The notes under the pieces are model-generated. The model was given only the letters and a program-made list of their open reading frames with translations. It did not search any database and had not been told where the DNA came from. DNA of 64,000 bases, from the NCBI GenBank assembly GCA_012295275.1, contig CM022671.1:32984001-33048000 (forward strand). Direction: 5' to 3'. This document shows, piece by piece, positions 26,670-40,308 of this stretch. Positions within the stretch are counted from its first letter, which is position 1; each line of letters begins with the position of its first letter. The position numbers and the translations under genes are program-made. Origin of the DNA: Chrysomallon squamiferum (lineage: Eukaryota > Animalia > Mollusca).

Positions 26670-28738
26670 GCATAAAGAAGGAACATAACTTTGTTTCCAT
26701 GACGATATTTACATCAACATCATCCCATAGATTCAAGTTGGCACAAAATGGAGAAAGTTTTTAACTGAGATGCTGAATGCAATATGTGGCATGTTTTTTG
26801 TTTTTTTTTGTTTTAAAAATGTTCAGCAGTGGTGTACATTCTTTCTGAACTAATAGAGTCCCGGGTACCATTAATTTTTTTCTATATTTAACTGAGAAAC
26901 AAACTGTTGGTGTGTAATGTTCATTTTTATCAAAGATGATAAAAATCTTTTGAGTCCACTACTGCATTCAGTGACTTAATTATTATGAATATTTATCAAC
27001 TTTATCAAATTCATTTGTCAGTCAGACACAGTAAGTATATTTCATTCATGCACTTTTCTTCAGGATGTGTTGCTTTGTTTTGTTTTGTTTTCAGAGAAGT
27101 TAGCAAAAATGTGTTGTGGGCACCTGGAATACTGTCATCATGTGACACATTTTTGTCGTAAATGTCTGCTGGTCATTATCATTTTTACCAGTCATAAATT
27201 AAGTTCATATTAAAAATTTCTAATGACATTACAATCATTTGGCAATATCATAATATACTTGGCAGAAGTGACAATAAAACTAAAACAAATAAAATAAATC
27301 ATGTATTTTACATTTTATTGCATTGGTTCATATTTTAGTATGTCATTATCAAGTTTTGTTTGTTTTTTCATTTTATTATTAGTAGTAGAGTCATGATAAT
27401 GGTTATAGCCATAAAACAGTTATTTCAGTCTTCTCTATAAATTATACATAAAAATACTTTTTTAATTGATTCTGTAACAGATTACCCTTTTCTCACTCAC
27501 AGAAGTGCTTTATATAATAAAGTTCACAATATTAGGACATGGTGTACTAAACTGATTTTAAGAAATTTGATCAAATAGTTACATAATTACAGCATTGTCA
27601 CAGAAATGGAATAGTACTAATTCTGTTAATGTTTGTGATGTTATGTAATGAATGAATATTATAAAATTCACATCAGAAAGATCTTGTCATGATGGTTTTG
27701 AGGGGGGGGGTCACTTTATTACTTGAATTATTCATTTAACCCATTATGAACAAAAGAAGTCCATATCATTCATGTGCAGTTTTATTTGATTTTTATTCTT
27801 TTAATTTTTTTCAGAAAAATTAAAAATTGTTGTTTATATCCTGGTTGAAGATAGATCTTATTTCCACAGTAGAAACTGAGAAAGAAAAAAAATCCTAATT
27901 TACATCTTAACAAAAATTATAAAATGTTATAAAAATTACAACTGGACAAATAATTTATGGATATTCTTGTGTATTCCATGAATGGTATTCCAAAAATGTC
28001 TTAAAAATATACTTTTTGATGTGAATTTAAACATGTGGATTAAGGAAACTGTTAATTGTGTTAAGCCATTTTGTATTATTATGTTAAAAAAAAAAAATCT
28101 GTTTTAATTTACATTTCAGTTTGAAAAAGAAAAATTAATAATCATAATGTCTTCATATATATATCACCATCATCTCTTTTACCAATAAATTTGAAAACAT
28201 TTTATTGTGTTTAATTTTTATATGGTTCAACTATCCCATATCTCGAGACATATCACAAATCTACCGATTTTATTTGTAAGAATAATTGAAAAAAAAAAAA
28301 AAAAATGTAGCACATACAAATGATTAATATTTAAAAAATCTGAAAAAAGTTGGTTAGATCGGTTTTACTGATTTTGAAAGCTGGACTGTGGACGTGTATA
28401 TGTATATGTATGTTGTAAAGCAATTGTTATTTATTATTTTTCAAGCTTTCTCATATTTTCTTATGTTACATTTGTACGAGAGGTAGGTTCAAATGGGTAA
28501 ATAATCAAAATGAAAAGGTTCGGATTTGTCCGCGTATTCGGCCGAGATAATCCGAATGGTCACGATCAGCTTTACCGTACTGGGTCAGCGAAACTCACGG
28601 TTTTGTTTATCAAGACTAAGTTAACTACAAGCATATCCGCTCTACAAAATTAGTGTTTGTAAAGTTTTAAAATAGATGTTAGCAAATTAAGTTAAGCCGA
28701 TAGCCTACATCCAGTTTATCGAACTCTGAGCATATCTT

Positions 28739-29146
28739 TTATGTGAAATAAATATTTGCGATAAAATTATTAATCAGAAAGATAAACAGCAGAAACGACA
28801 CTTGACATCTTGATGATGAATCTCTAGCATCGTGGAAGTTAGTACAAGGATCAGCTGCAATAAATAAAGATAAATCGTTAGTGACAGGCAAATGTAGAAA
28901 AATATATGGATGTTTAAATATGTTTGTGTATATACATACATACATATATCTAATATTTACTCTCGCATCTCAGATATAAATATGAAAGCACTAAAACGTT
29001 ATTCTGATAGTGAGATGTTGTTTAGTAACAATTCATATTCAATGCAAAATCCATTGAATTTTATATTACGTAATAAAATAAACAACTTTAATTAATTTCT
29101 CCCCTCCCCCACAAAAAGTCGATAAAGCCTCTGTGGCTGTTTTATT

Positions 29147-29203
<57 letters not shown>

Positions 29204-29890
29204 TGGTTTGCACTGATCACAAGATAATGGACAGTGTGCTGTAAAATATTCCGCAGCTGACCCATGAGTGGTCTTATTGCAAAAGCCACGGGATGCAAAC
29301 CACGAGCAATATTCAGCGTAGTCCATACAGTTCCCAGATTCATCTTAAACATAATTAAAAACAAAGCGTAATTGAATAGTTTTATATAACTGCTAATGAT
29401 ACGAATACTACAGCCAATGTAGTATAAAACAGTTACTACTAGTACTACCAAATCCTATCGCTACTGCAAGTATTACTTATAATACTATTACTGCCATTAC
29501 ATTATCATCACCACTATTGCTATTGTAGAAGTTAATATTGTTGAAATTGTGGAGACTATCACAGTAATAATGTTGATGTTTTTAGTTTTACTTTGATTTG
29601 TAAAATGTTATACGTTGGCACTACCTCTTCTTTTGATGGAAATATACACATAACCGGAAGCAAGAAAGAAATTAATGTAATATGTATTATAATATAAATA
29701 CCCATGTCACACATGTTGCAGGTTTTTGTACAGAATACACTCATCCTTGCTGCATCGGATTCGCATTTGCCATTTTTCTTCAATGATGGACATATTTCTA
29801 ACAGATCCTCACACTTCCGGTCTGCAAATAAGTAAATATTTCATGTACAAGTTTGTGTGTGTGTGTGTTTACACGCACGCGCATACAGTG

Positions 29891-29921
<31 letters not shown>

Positions 29922-31505
29922 AACACAGTGGACTCTGTGAAAACTGGCCTTTAACTAAACCGGCATGATTTCAAAGTCCAGTCCATTTATTGTAATCTAT
30001 TATGAACACAATTCTGTCTAATCTGGATGCTGTCAACTTCGGATTTCGGATATAAAGGCCAGAACAAAACATCGGAACACAATCATACAAGTACGATGTC
30101 TTAAACAACAGCGGAATTTTGCACAGGAGATGAAATGATCGCGCTTCTTTGAAGGTTTAATAAACCACGAGTCTCGGATCTGTACTAACGTTTGTTCGTT
30201 AATTATAATTTTTACTGTACAATCAATTAAATCTAGCAATGTAATTTAAAGTATTTGACATTTTAAAACGTGGTGATCATTACTGGGAATTCTATGAAAC
30301 CAAAATTTCGCCAGAGAGTAACGACCATAAAATTCAAAAACATGAATGAATTGACGATACACACAATGATCGAACTTATGATTAAAAAATATATATATAA
30401 TAAATAAAATAAAAATAAGTCTTTTGCAGATTTTTGCATTCGATGATAAACATAATAGAGGAGTTTGCTTTGGTGAAAGACTATTTCACAACTGACACTT
30501 GATATACATTTAACATTTGTACAAAACATATTCCAATTTCTTGTTATTTTAATCTTTATAAAACGACACTCTGACTAATACGGCTTATCTCACTGGTCCC
30601 AAGTGGATCCGGTATCTACAAAAACCACTGTGTATAAATGCAGATATACCTGCATACACTCGCATACATATAATTAACATATAATTTTTAAAATGTTCAA
30701 AAAATCAAGTTACTATACTCACTGGTATCTATTGTTGGAGTACGTGTCGATGTTGTAGGTGGTGTTCTGGTAGAAGGTGTGATGTGTTCATCTTTACACA
30801 ACACGAGTGGGTTATTCAAATCTCCTGGACAATAACACTCGCAGTCCTTTCCTTGAAATCCTTCTCCAGGGCAAGTTCTTGTTTTACAGCCCCCTACAAT
30901 TAGAACAATTTTTATTAAACAAAATTTTAATAATAATACAAAATAAAACCAACGATACGTAAAGCGGCCTGGTTACATTCATAAATTGACAGCAGTGGAT
31001 CCATATATATATTATAGGTTGACTTAAAAGTAAAACAAGTGTAACCATGACAGGCGTACTTTAACTTTCAACTATTGAAATCACTTGTTAGGTAACTGAC
31101 TTAAATAAGGCACTTGGACGTTAAACAGAAATAAATCTTTATCAGACAGAACTGAAAGATAAACACTCACCTGTTTCAGCACAGTTATACATCAAGTTGG
31201 CCAGTTTGATGTCACGGAAGCTGAGGCCATGTCTTTGCCCTATTCTTTTCTGAGCTGCAGGATCTATTGTTTCGATAACTTGAATTCCATAGAGCTGATG
31301 TAACAATTATATAATGTAACAATATTACAGTAATGTGTGTGTGTGTTACAGTATTAAGAATTATTCTTGAAATGCATATTTATGTATTTTAATGCTTTCA
31401 TTACTCTGGTATGTATTATCATAGCAGTGTCAAGTATTCAAGAATTGTATGTAATTATCTTAATGTTATTAATTATTCAGGCAATGTATATAACTTAGAA
31501 TTATG

Positions 31506-31555
<50 letters not shown>

Positions 31556-32046
31556 TATTTAGGATATATATAAATTTCCTAGATAATTCACAGAGCTATG
31601 ATACATAAATTTCCTGAATAATTCATACTGCAAGATAGATACATTTTCTGAATGATTCTTAATACTTATAAACGTACAATTCCTGAATAATTGATACTGC
31701 TGTGATATACACATTTTCCAGTACTTATGTAGGTGCAACTACTGAATACTTCATACTGTTATGATATATATATATATATTTTTTAAATACTTTTATACAT
31801 ACAATTCCTGAATAATGCATGATGCTGTCATAATCGTACTCCACACTTCTGGCGTTGATATGTTCACGTCTGAACTTATTAAACTGTGTTTGCAAACTAG
31901 AAGGCAGCTTATTGGTATTTAATACACGTATGTAGTCATCTCGATCCGGTCTAGCGTGTTCGTGAATCCAGCCAACTGCATGGCCAATTTCATGAACAAT
32001 AACGCCAACTGACTAGAAATAAAACAAAATTGTCTTATACTACATG

Positions 32047-32115
<69 letters not shown>

Positions 32116-32169
32116 CTGCTTTTAAAATATTATCCTTAAGAAAAATATTATAATGATATATAAGGTATA

Positions 32170-32268
<99 letters not shown>

Positions 32269-35200
32269 AGTTTTAGTTATAGCAAAGTGCCCACATACAG
32301 ATATTGTTAAACATTAACAAATGGCTGTTAAGATGACAACATTTAATTTTGAACTATTCAAGAAATCAATATTTTATTGCTTTAAGAATGAATTTTTGAG
32401 AATTGGGCGCGTAAATCATTACGGAAACCGAAAGAGAACTAACAGAAATCAAAAAAAGTTAACTTTTAGAACTTTGTTCAGTCAGGAAAAAGAAAGTGGG
32501 CAAATTACAGTGGCGACTCATCTATGAGAGTAACAGGATTGTGGAAACAAGGAAGGAAACGGGATTGTCAGCTCACCTCCTGACGCTCTTGTTTGGACCA
32601 ATCAGCCATGGCAACCAGAAATGAGATACACAATAGGAAAAACACTAACCGAACTACATATCTCGACCTCAAATACACAGTCAGACAGAAAGACAGAGAG
32701 AAAAAAGACACATACACATACATATATACATGTATTGTTACAAATATATACATACGTACGAAAGTCTGTACACATAACTGCATAAACAAACACAAAATAT
32801 ACATACACGTACTGAAATACATCCACATCTACAAAGCACATATTTATATACCTTAACATACACACTCAAATACACTTAAACACAAATTAAAAGACAAACT
32901 GGTATGTTCGTACAAACATAGAAACAAATACATACTCCAAAACACGCCCCACTACACAAACGTTTACAGATGTAGTCACAAAAAATACCTACTTAAAACC
33001 AAGTAAATCACAGAAAACATAAATAAATAAATAAATAAACAGACAAAACATACAAAAAGAACTCATATTTGTACACAAGTATATTACTGTATACACAAAT
33101 ACCAACAAATACGTTATTTGTAAACAGACATAAACAAACACATACAATTACATATAATCACAGAGACGCATAGTCAGAAATATATGCACAGGAACACATA
33201 TACATATGTACATGTATACATACACACAAATCACGTACATACACAATTCTCACCTCAGTAAATATATACTGACAAAAACACCTTCAAACACAACTACACA
33301 CATACACGCACCATTACATAAAACTATATAGAGATGAACAAAGAAAATAGGACATATACGTACATGCATACACACTGACTCTCACAAACGCATACTTATA
33401 TACATATATCTATACACACACACACACACACACAAACATATATAAACACGTATACATACACACAAACATACTCACAGATACATACGCACACAATTACATA
33501 TAAAGAAATACAGATGTACTTATATACACAGAACACGTACGTGCACACAAATGCACAACACATGCACAGAAGTACAGATACACTGAAGCACGTACATGGA
33601 ACACAAACATACAATTTCATAATTTAAAGTAAACGGCCTTTAAACTTTCCCACAATATTCAGTTTCACATTGCATTTTCAATTTATATTATCCTACGAAA
33701 TGAAAAAAAACCCTAGCTTTTGATCAGTTCACATTTGATCTAATTAGTTTTAAATTTCTAATAAAAAAAATTCAAAAAGTTTATCAAGAGGATTGGTCTC
33801 AAAACTGCAGCATCCGAATTGCTTTATGCATAAAGAGTATAGATTACAAACCTCGAAACATCCTGGAACCAAATTTATTTTCTGAGTACCGCCAATCCTG
33901 CCGAGATGAGAACTGCATCTGTAAGTACAAATAATTTGGTAATAAAAGGCTATAGCAATGTGCAGGAGTTATATCTAGTAAGAATTTACGAACGATAAAG
34001 ACGAGGCATTCTCAAAGGGGATCATATAATCCCTGGTGGGTGCTGACATTTATGAAAAATATAAGAAAGGGGATTTTTGCTTATCTGTTCATATTGTTTC
34101 TTTGTTTCACAGGGAATCCTGGAAATGTAACACTAGCACAAATAATAGTGTAGTATTAGTAGCAACACCAGCAATAGTGAAACTAACGATATCAGTGTTA
34201 TTATTGTTATTATTATTGGTAGTGGTAGTAGTTGTAGTAGTAGTAATAGTAGCAGCAGCAGCAGTAGTAGTAGAAGTAGTAGTAGTAAATTAATGTGACT
34301 TAAGAAAAAACCCTGACCATTTATTTATTTATTTGTAGCATACCCAAAACGACGTTCAAATTTTATTCTGTCATGCTGTGTGGAAGATGGTTTGAACGCT
34401 AAGCAGGTATATTTCTCCCACGTACTAAAAGCTTGCGAAATGATCTGACGTTCTGTGTTATCTGAAAAAAAGTATAACTTTTAAAAATGAAAATGTTAAA
34501 AATAATAATAATTTTCACTTGTACGTATAAATTAAATAATATCTTATCCCTTTTTCTTACGAACATTTACTTTTCGTATATAAATTATCTTAAAAGAAGA
34601 AAGTAAGAAATGTTATATCTTACGACGCGCTTCACTTATTTTTAATCTGCTAAATGTAATTAACAGCCATAGAAATAACATAAGAACAGACTTTAGACAA
34701 GCTAGTGATTAATACAAAGGAATCTTTTACCATCCACCTTTCCAAAGAAAGGGAAGAAAAAGCCATGATTTTACAAAAATATTATTAATTAGATAAGATA
34801 GACTGATGTAGTTAATTATATAACTCAGCCATGGAGCACCGGTTGGATTGTAAAATAACATGTTATCACTGAAGTGAAAGCTCTACCACTATGATTTATA
34901 GTAACAGATGATTTTACAAAACGTACTGTATTCTGCCGATATTTCATAATACACTGTGGCATTCTCCCATAGTCTCGTGTTAGTTGCAATAGCTTTTCTT
35001 CTAACACGATCCGATCCAGATCTGAAATTCCAAAATATTCCAAATACAGACTGATAAGTAGATACGTATTTGTCTATGTATGTATGTATGTATGTATGTA
35101 TGTATGTATGTATGTATGTATGTATCTATTATAGGATTTGAATATTCTATATCTTATGATTAGACCCTGCACATAGTCAGTATTTGAGAACGCAGTGGTA

Positions 35201-36961
35201 CAGGAGGTAAAAGTCGAATCGCGATTTCATACACTCCGTAAGATGGCTGACGAGACTAGAACGTATGGCACCCGAATCCGGACGACGTTACCGTTCGCTG
35301 ATCAAGATAACCTGAAAAAAAAGGTTGCTCAACAACCGAGGGTAATCATCGCTTCCCATGAAGCACGCCGTTTTCTTTTTCTTTTCTTTTTTTCTATTTT
35401 TGTCATTCGTCATTTTTGTGTGCATATATTTTTTGAGGGAAACCTGGCACTGGCAAGTATGTTTGTTAGGATTTCAGTATTCTCTATCTTAGGAACGCTC
35501 TGGCGCAGTGGGACAAAGACCAATCATGACCTCACAAACAATGTCAGACGTCGCTGCCGAGAATCAAACGTATGGCACTCATTCGCCCGCACCCCGATAG
35601 GACGATGTTACCGTTCGGCCATCACGAAACCTTAAATAAGCTGCTTAATAACCAAGGTTTTCATCAGTTCCCAAGAAGCAACGCCTTTCTTTTTTGTCTT
35701 TCATCCTTTTTGCGTGCTCTATTATGGGAAACCTGTTATGTATGTATTTATGTAAGTATGCATGTGCGTGCGTGTATGTGTGTATGCATGCAAGCATGTG
35801 TGTATGTATGTGTCTTTGTATGTATTTATGTAGGTTTGTATGTATGTGTCTTTGTATGTATTTATGTAGGTTTGTATGTATATATGCAGCTTATTAAGAA
35901 GTAAAACGAATTTGCCTTCATCGTATACATACATACATACGTGGAAAGTATATTCGTTTTACTTTTTTTAATGTGCTACATACATACGTATGTGTACATA
36001 CATACATACATACACACTTACATACACATATAGACATCCATCCATATATACATACATAAACAGACACATACACATTTATGTTTATCGTAAAAAATGTCAC
36101 AATGAAAAATAAGGTAAATTATCGTATAAAATATGATGTTGAGAAATAACATAAACTTACACTGATCGTATAAAATGTCACGTTGGGAAATAACGTAAGT
36201 TTATATTTATCATGTAAAATGTCATATTGAGAAATAAAGTAAATTTATGATTATCGTATAAAATTTATGTTGAGAAATAACGTAAATTTACGTTTATTGT
36301 CTAAAAAGGTCACGTTGAGAAATAACGTAAATTTACGTTTACTGTATAAAATGTCACGTTGAGAAACAACGTAAATTTACGTTTATCGTATAAATTGTGA
36401 TGCTGAGAAGTGCCTGAAACTTACATGTATTTCATAAACTCTGTCATGTTGAGAACAATATCTAATTCTACCAAAAACTCGATCCCTCCTTCATGTGTCA
36501 TGTGAACAAGATCAAACATCGTAACTGGAACAAATAATAATAATAAAAAAAATAATGACGTTATCTGAATAATTATTATAATTATGTACATCTACGTTTG
36601 TATAGCTATTTGAATGTATATATGTGCGTATATATCTATGACTTGTTTATGTACTTACGTGACCGACTCTTAAAAGGCTATCGGTACATACATCCGTCAA
36701 GGAAATGATGATTCAGATATAGGAAGAAAGCACTAGATTACAGAACAGCTTCGCTACGGCTGCTGTCATCTCCAGTATAGTAAACTGTTGTACGATATAC
36801 AGTGATGACTTATCTGTTCTAGAGTTAGATTATCAAAATGTTTTAATGCAAATAATGAAAGAGAATGACAGAAAAAGGTAAAATTAACTCGGAAACATAC
36901 TGAAATTTCTGTTATTATTTTGTATACAAACAGACGAACATATATACATATACATTTATAA

Positions 36962-36993
<32 letters not shown>

Positions 36994-37968
36994 GTGCATG
37001 TACATACATTCATACACGATCAGGACACTTACCGTCTTCAGCGGCCGACATTATAATTTCATCAATTGATCGACAAATCACAGGCTTCTGTTGAAAGCAA
37101 GAAATATAAATACTATTACAACCAATACTAATACTGACCAGTAATACACAAATATAAATACTATTACAACTAATACTAATACTCACCAGTAATACACAAA
37201 TATAAAGACTATTACAACTAATACTAATACTCACCAGTAATACACAAATATAAAGACTATTACAACTAATACTAATACTCACCAGTAATACACAAATATA
37301 AATACTATTACAACTAATACTAATACTCACCAGTAATACACAAATATAAAGACTATTACAACTAATACTAATACTCACCAGTAATACACACATATAAATA
37401 CTATTACAACTAATACTAATACTCACCAGTAATACACACATATAAATACTATTACAACTACTGTCATTACTACTAATATTACTAGATTACCGCTAATATA
37501 CAAATATAATTACTATTACAACTACTGTCATTACTACTGATATTACTAGATTACCGCTAATACACATAATATAAATTACCATCATTACTACTAATATTGA
37601 GAAATTACCACTATTAAACAAATATAAATACTATTTCAGCTATTATCATTACTACTAATACTACTAGATTATCACTAATATACAAAGATAAATACTATAA
37701 CAACTACCATCATTACTACTATTGCACATATATAAATACTATTACAACTATCATCATTACTACTAATATTACTAGGTTACCATTAACATACAAATATAAA
37801 TATTATTATAACTATCAATAAAATTAAATCATAAAACACAAAATCGTTCAGTCAACATAAATTAAATCAAATAGGAAAATTCATGCAAATGTTGCAAAAA
37901 ATTAATAAAAAATATACCTGCATGCTGCATAGCATCATGCATAAGCACAGTGCTGTTTTGAAAGACAT
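28739..37968 (-). CDS. Astacin-family (M12A) zinc metalloprotease with EGF-like module, Thr-rich linker, two ShK domains and hydrophobic C-terminal tail; 12 coding exons
   Basis: Exons 37968-37918 (signal peptide), 37087-37033, 36524-36425 (ELDIVL prodomain), 35021-34927 (RVRRKA, LWEN), 34461-34344, 33918-33852 ([11 protein letters not shown]), 32012-31803 ([19 protein letters not shown]; SIMHY Met-turn), 31294-31171 ([21 protein letters not shown]), 30893-30723, 29821-29702, 29343-29203, 28854-28739; all phases compatible. Confidence 0.92.
29926..30630. mobile_element. Possible non-autonomous pogo/Tigger-like element in an astacin intron
   Basis: Imperfect inverted termini CAGTGGACTCTGTGAAAACTGG / revcomp CAGTGGTTTTTGTAGATACCGG; no coding capacity; TA target duplications not cleanly preserved. 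Confidence 0.45.
32049..32263. repeat. (TA)n and (GA)n microsatellites
   Basis: TA run at about 32049-32111 and GA run at about 32173-32263. Confidence 0.95.
36070..36424. repeat. About 43-bp minisatellite, 7-8 copies
   Basis: Unit TTTATCGTATAAAATGTCACGTTGAGAAATAACGTAAATTTACG repeated up to the astacin exon 3 donor. Confidence 0.9.
37103..37815. repeat. 48-bp minisatellite (about 7 near-perfect copies, then degenerate copies)
   Basis: Unit AATATAAATACTATTACAACTAATACTAATACTCACCAGTAATACACA in astacin intron 1. Confidence 0.9.
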
Positions 37969-38808
37969 CCTAAAGACGTTAGAATCTGAACTGTGAATTA
38001 CAAAACTACGCCTAACAGTTAAATTTATATGCCTTACTGCATGCATCCGTAACTTATTCAGGATGTGCGTGTTTGTCACCAACAAGTATCAACAAATAAA
38101 GTTTAGTGTCAGTTACGGATCTATGGGGTTCCTGGGTTCATCCTCATTTGGTCAATTGTAAAATTATCGTAAAATTCTGTCTATCTATCTATCTATCTAT
38201 CTATATATATATTTGTCATGGAGAAAGGAATTCCACATATTAATATTATAGTATAGCATGAATGACACTTAAGATTTTACTTCTCAGCGTTACATTTTAC
38301 ATACATTTTAAGGTTCAGTTTAAATTTTGTTCTAGTGATAGAAGTGTGACGAATGCAGATATAATTATCTATACACTATATACATAATATCAGAGGTTTT
38401 ACCGCTATCCTATGTTCTAACGTTCTGGTTGAGATTCACTGATATAGTTATTACCGCAATGTTTCGGAAAATACTATCGCCTTATTTAGAAAACAGTTCA
38501 TAAGCTCATAAGGGAAACTAATACATTTAAAAAAAGTTTTGATGTTTTTTAACAATCAAATATAGTTTCCATAAATCATAATCGTCATGTGTGTGTGGTA
38601 GTATTAACATGTGTCTATTGAAATTTTAATAAAGATGAAAAAAATTAACTTAAAAATTAAAAAAGAAATTTACTAATTTTGATATTCATTGATATTCAGA
38701 AAATGTATTCAGTCACTGAAAAGACACCAGACTGCAGTCCACTTTTCAAAATCTGTATAACTTTCAAAACAATTTTCTTCAGATTTTTTAAACATTATGT
38801 GTCATTCG

Positions 38809-39064
38809 CAGTGGCATGCAGAATGGGGGTGGGGCAGAAGGGGTTGTGGCTCCGGGCTTCCAATCAGAGAAAAGAACTTAGTAAAGTTGGTTGATTTATA
38901 TTTAAATCAAATAAATCGTTTATTTTATGTTTTATCTGTGTTTAAATATTCAAAATATCTTCCTTTCTCATAATATTTCTCAGTTGTAGGCCTTACATTG
39001 GAGTCTTTGGGGCATTCAATCAAGAAGTTGGCCCCGGGCATCACCAGACCTGTGCACGCCACTG
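38809..39064. mobile_element. hAT-like MITE (256 bp)
   Basis: Termini CAGTGGCATGCA / revcomp CAGTGGCGTGCA; flanking 8-mers GTCATTCG and ATCATTTG (6/8 match); the paralogous site near 28316-28330 lacks the insert. Confidence 0.7.
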
Positions 39065-40308
39065 ATCATTTGTGTGTGCTACAATTTATTTATTTATTTA
39101 TTTATTTATTTTAATTATTCTTAAAATACAAAAATAGTCAGTAGATTTGTGGAATGTCTCCAGATATGGGACAGTTGACTTATACAAAACATTAAACACA
39201 AGGAAATCGTTTCAAATTTATTGTAAAACAGATGATGGTGATATATATATATATATATGAATACACTGAAATGCAAATAAAAAGAGAACAATTTCTTTTC
39301 ATTATAAAACAAAATGTCATTAGAATATTAATATATTATCTATGAAATGTAGTTTCTTGAATCCAGATGTTTAAATTAACATCAAAAAGCGTGTTTTTAA
39401 GACATTTCTGGAATACAATTCATAGAATATGAAAGAATATCCATAAATTATTTGTCCATTTATGATTTTTATAACATTTTATAATTTTTTTACTTTGAAA
39501 ATTACTTATCTATCTTCAACCGGGATATAAACAACAATTATTTAGTTTTTCTGAAATAATGAAAAATCAAATAAAATTCCACATGAATGATGACTTCTTT
39601 TGTTCATCATGGGTTAAATAAATAATTCAAGTAGTAAAGAGAAAGAAAAAAAACAACAACAGTGAAGTCAAAGTCATCATGACAAGATCTTTCTGATGTG
39701 AATTTAATAATATACATTCATTACATAACATCACAAACATTAACAGAATTAGTAGTATTCCAGTTCTGTGACAATCTAATTATATACCATTACTTGATGA
39801 AATTTCTTAAAATCAGTTAATGACACCATGTCCTAATACTGTGAACTTTATTATATAAAGCATTTCAGTGAGTCAGAAAAGGGTCATCTATTATAGAATC
39901 AATTAAAAAAGTATTTTTATGTCTAATTTATAGAGAAGACTGAAATAACTGTTTTATGGCTATAACCATTATCAAGACTCTACTAATACTAATAAAACAA
40001 ACAAAACATAATGACATACTAAAATAGAAACTGATACAAACTAAAATGTAAAATAACTGATTTATTTTATTTGTTTTAATTTTGTACACAGCACTTTATT
40101 AGTTCAGAAAGAATATACACCATTGGTAACATTTTAAAAAAACAAACCAAGAAAAACCAAGAAAAACCAAAGAACCCCCCCCAAAAAAAAAACCCACCAT
40201 GTATACCATTCAGCATCTCAGCTAAAACTTTTCTCTGTTTTGTGCCAGTTTGAAACTGTGGAAAAATAAATATTGTCATGGAAACAATGTTATGTTCTTT
40301 CTTTAAGT

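Noticed and set aside
28140-28640. Possible non-autonomous transposon downstream of PRPF19
   Set aside because: CpG-rich and repeat-like, but I could not define TIRs or a TSD.
32560-33620. Several 70-90 aa ORFs and an exon-like GAG|GTGAGC signal near 32575
   Set aside because: CA/TA-rich low-complexity DNA; the astacin exons on either side already join in frame without it.
37010-37441. 143-aa repetitive ORF
   Set aside because: Translation of the 48-bp intronic minisatellite running into true exon 2.
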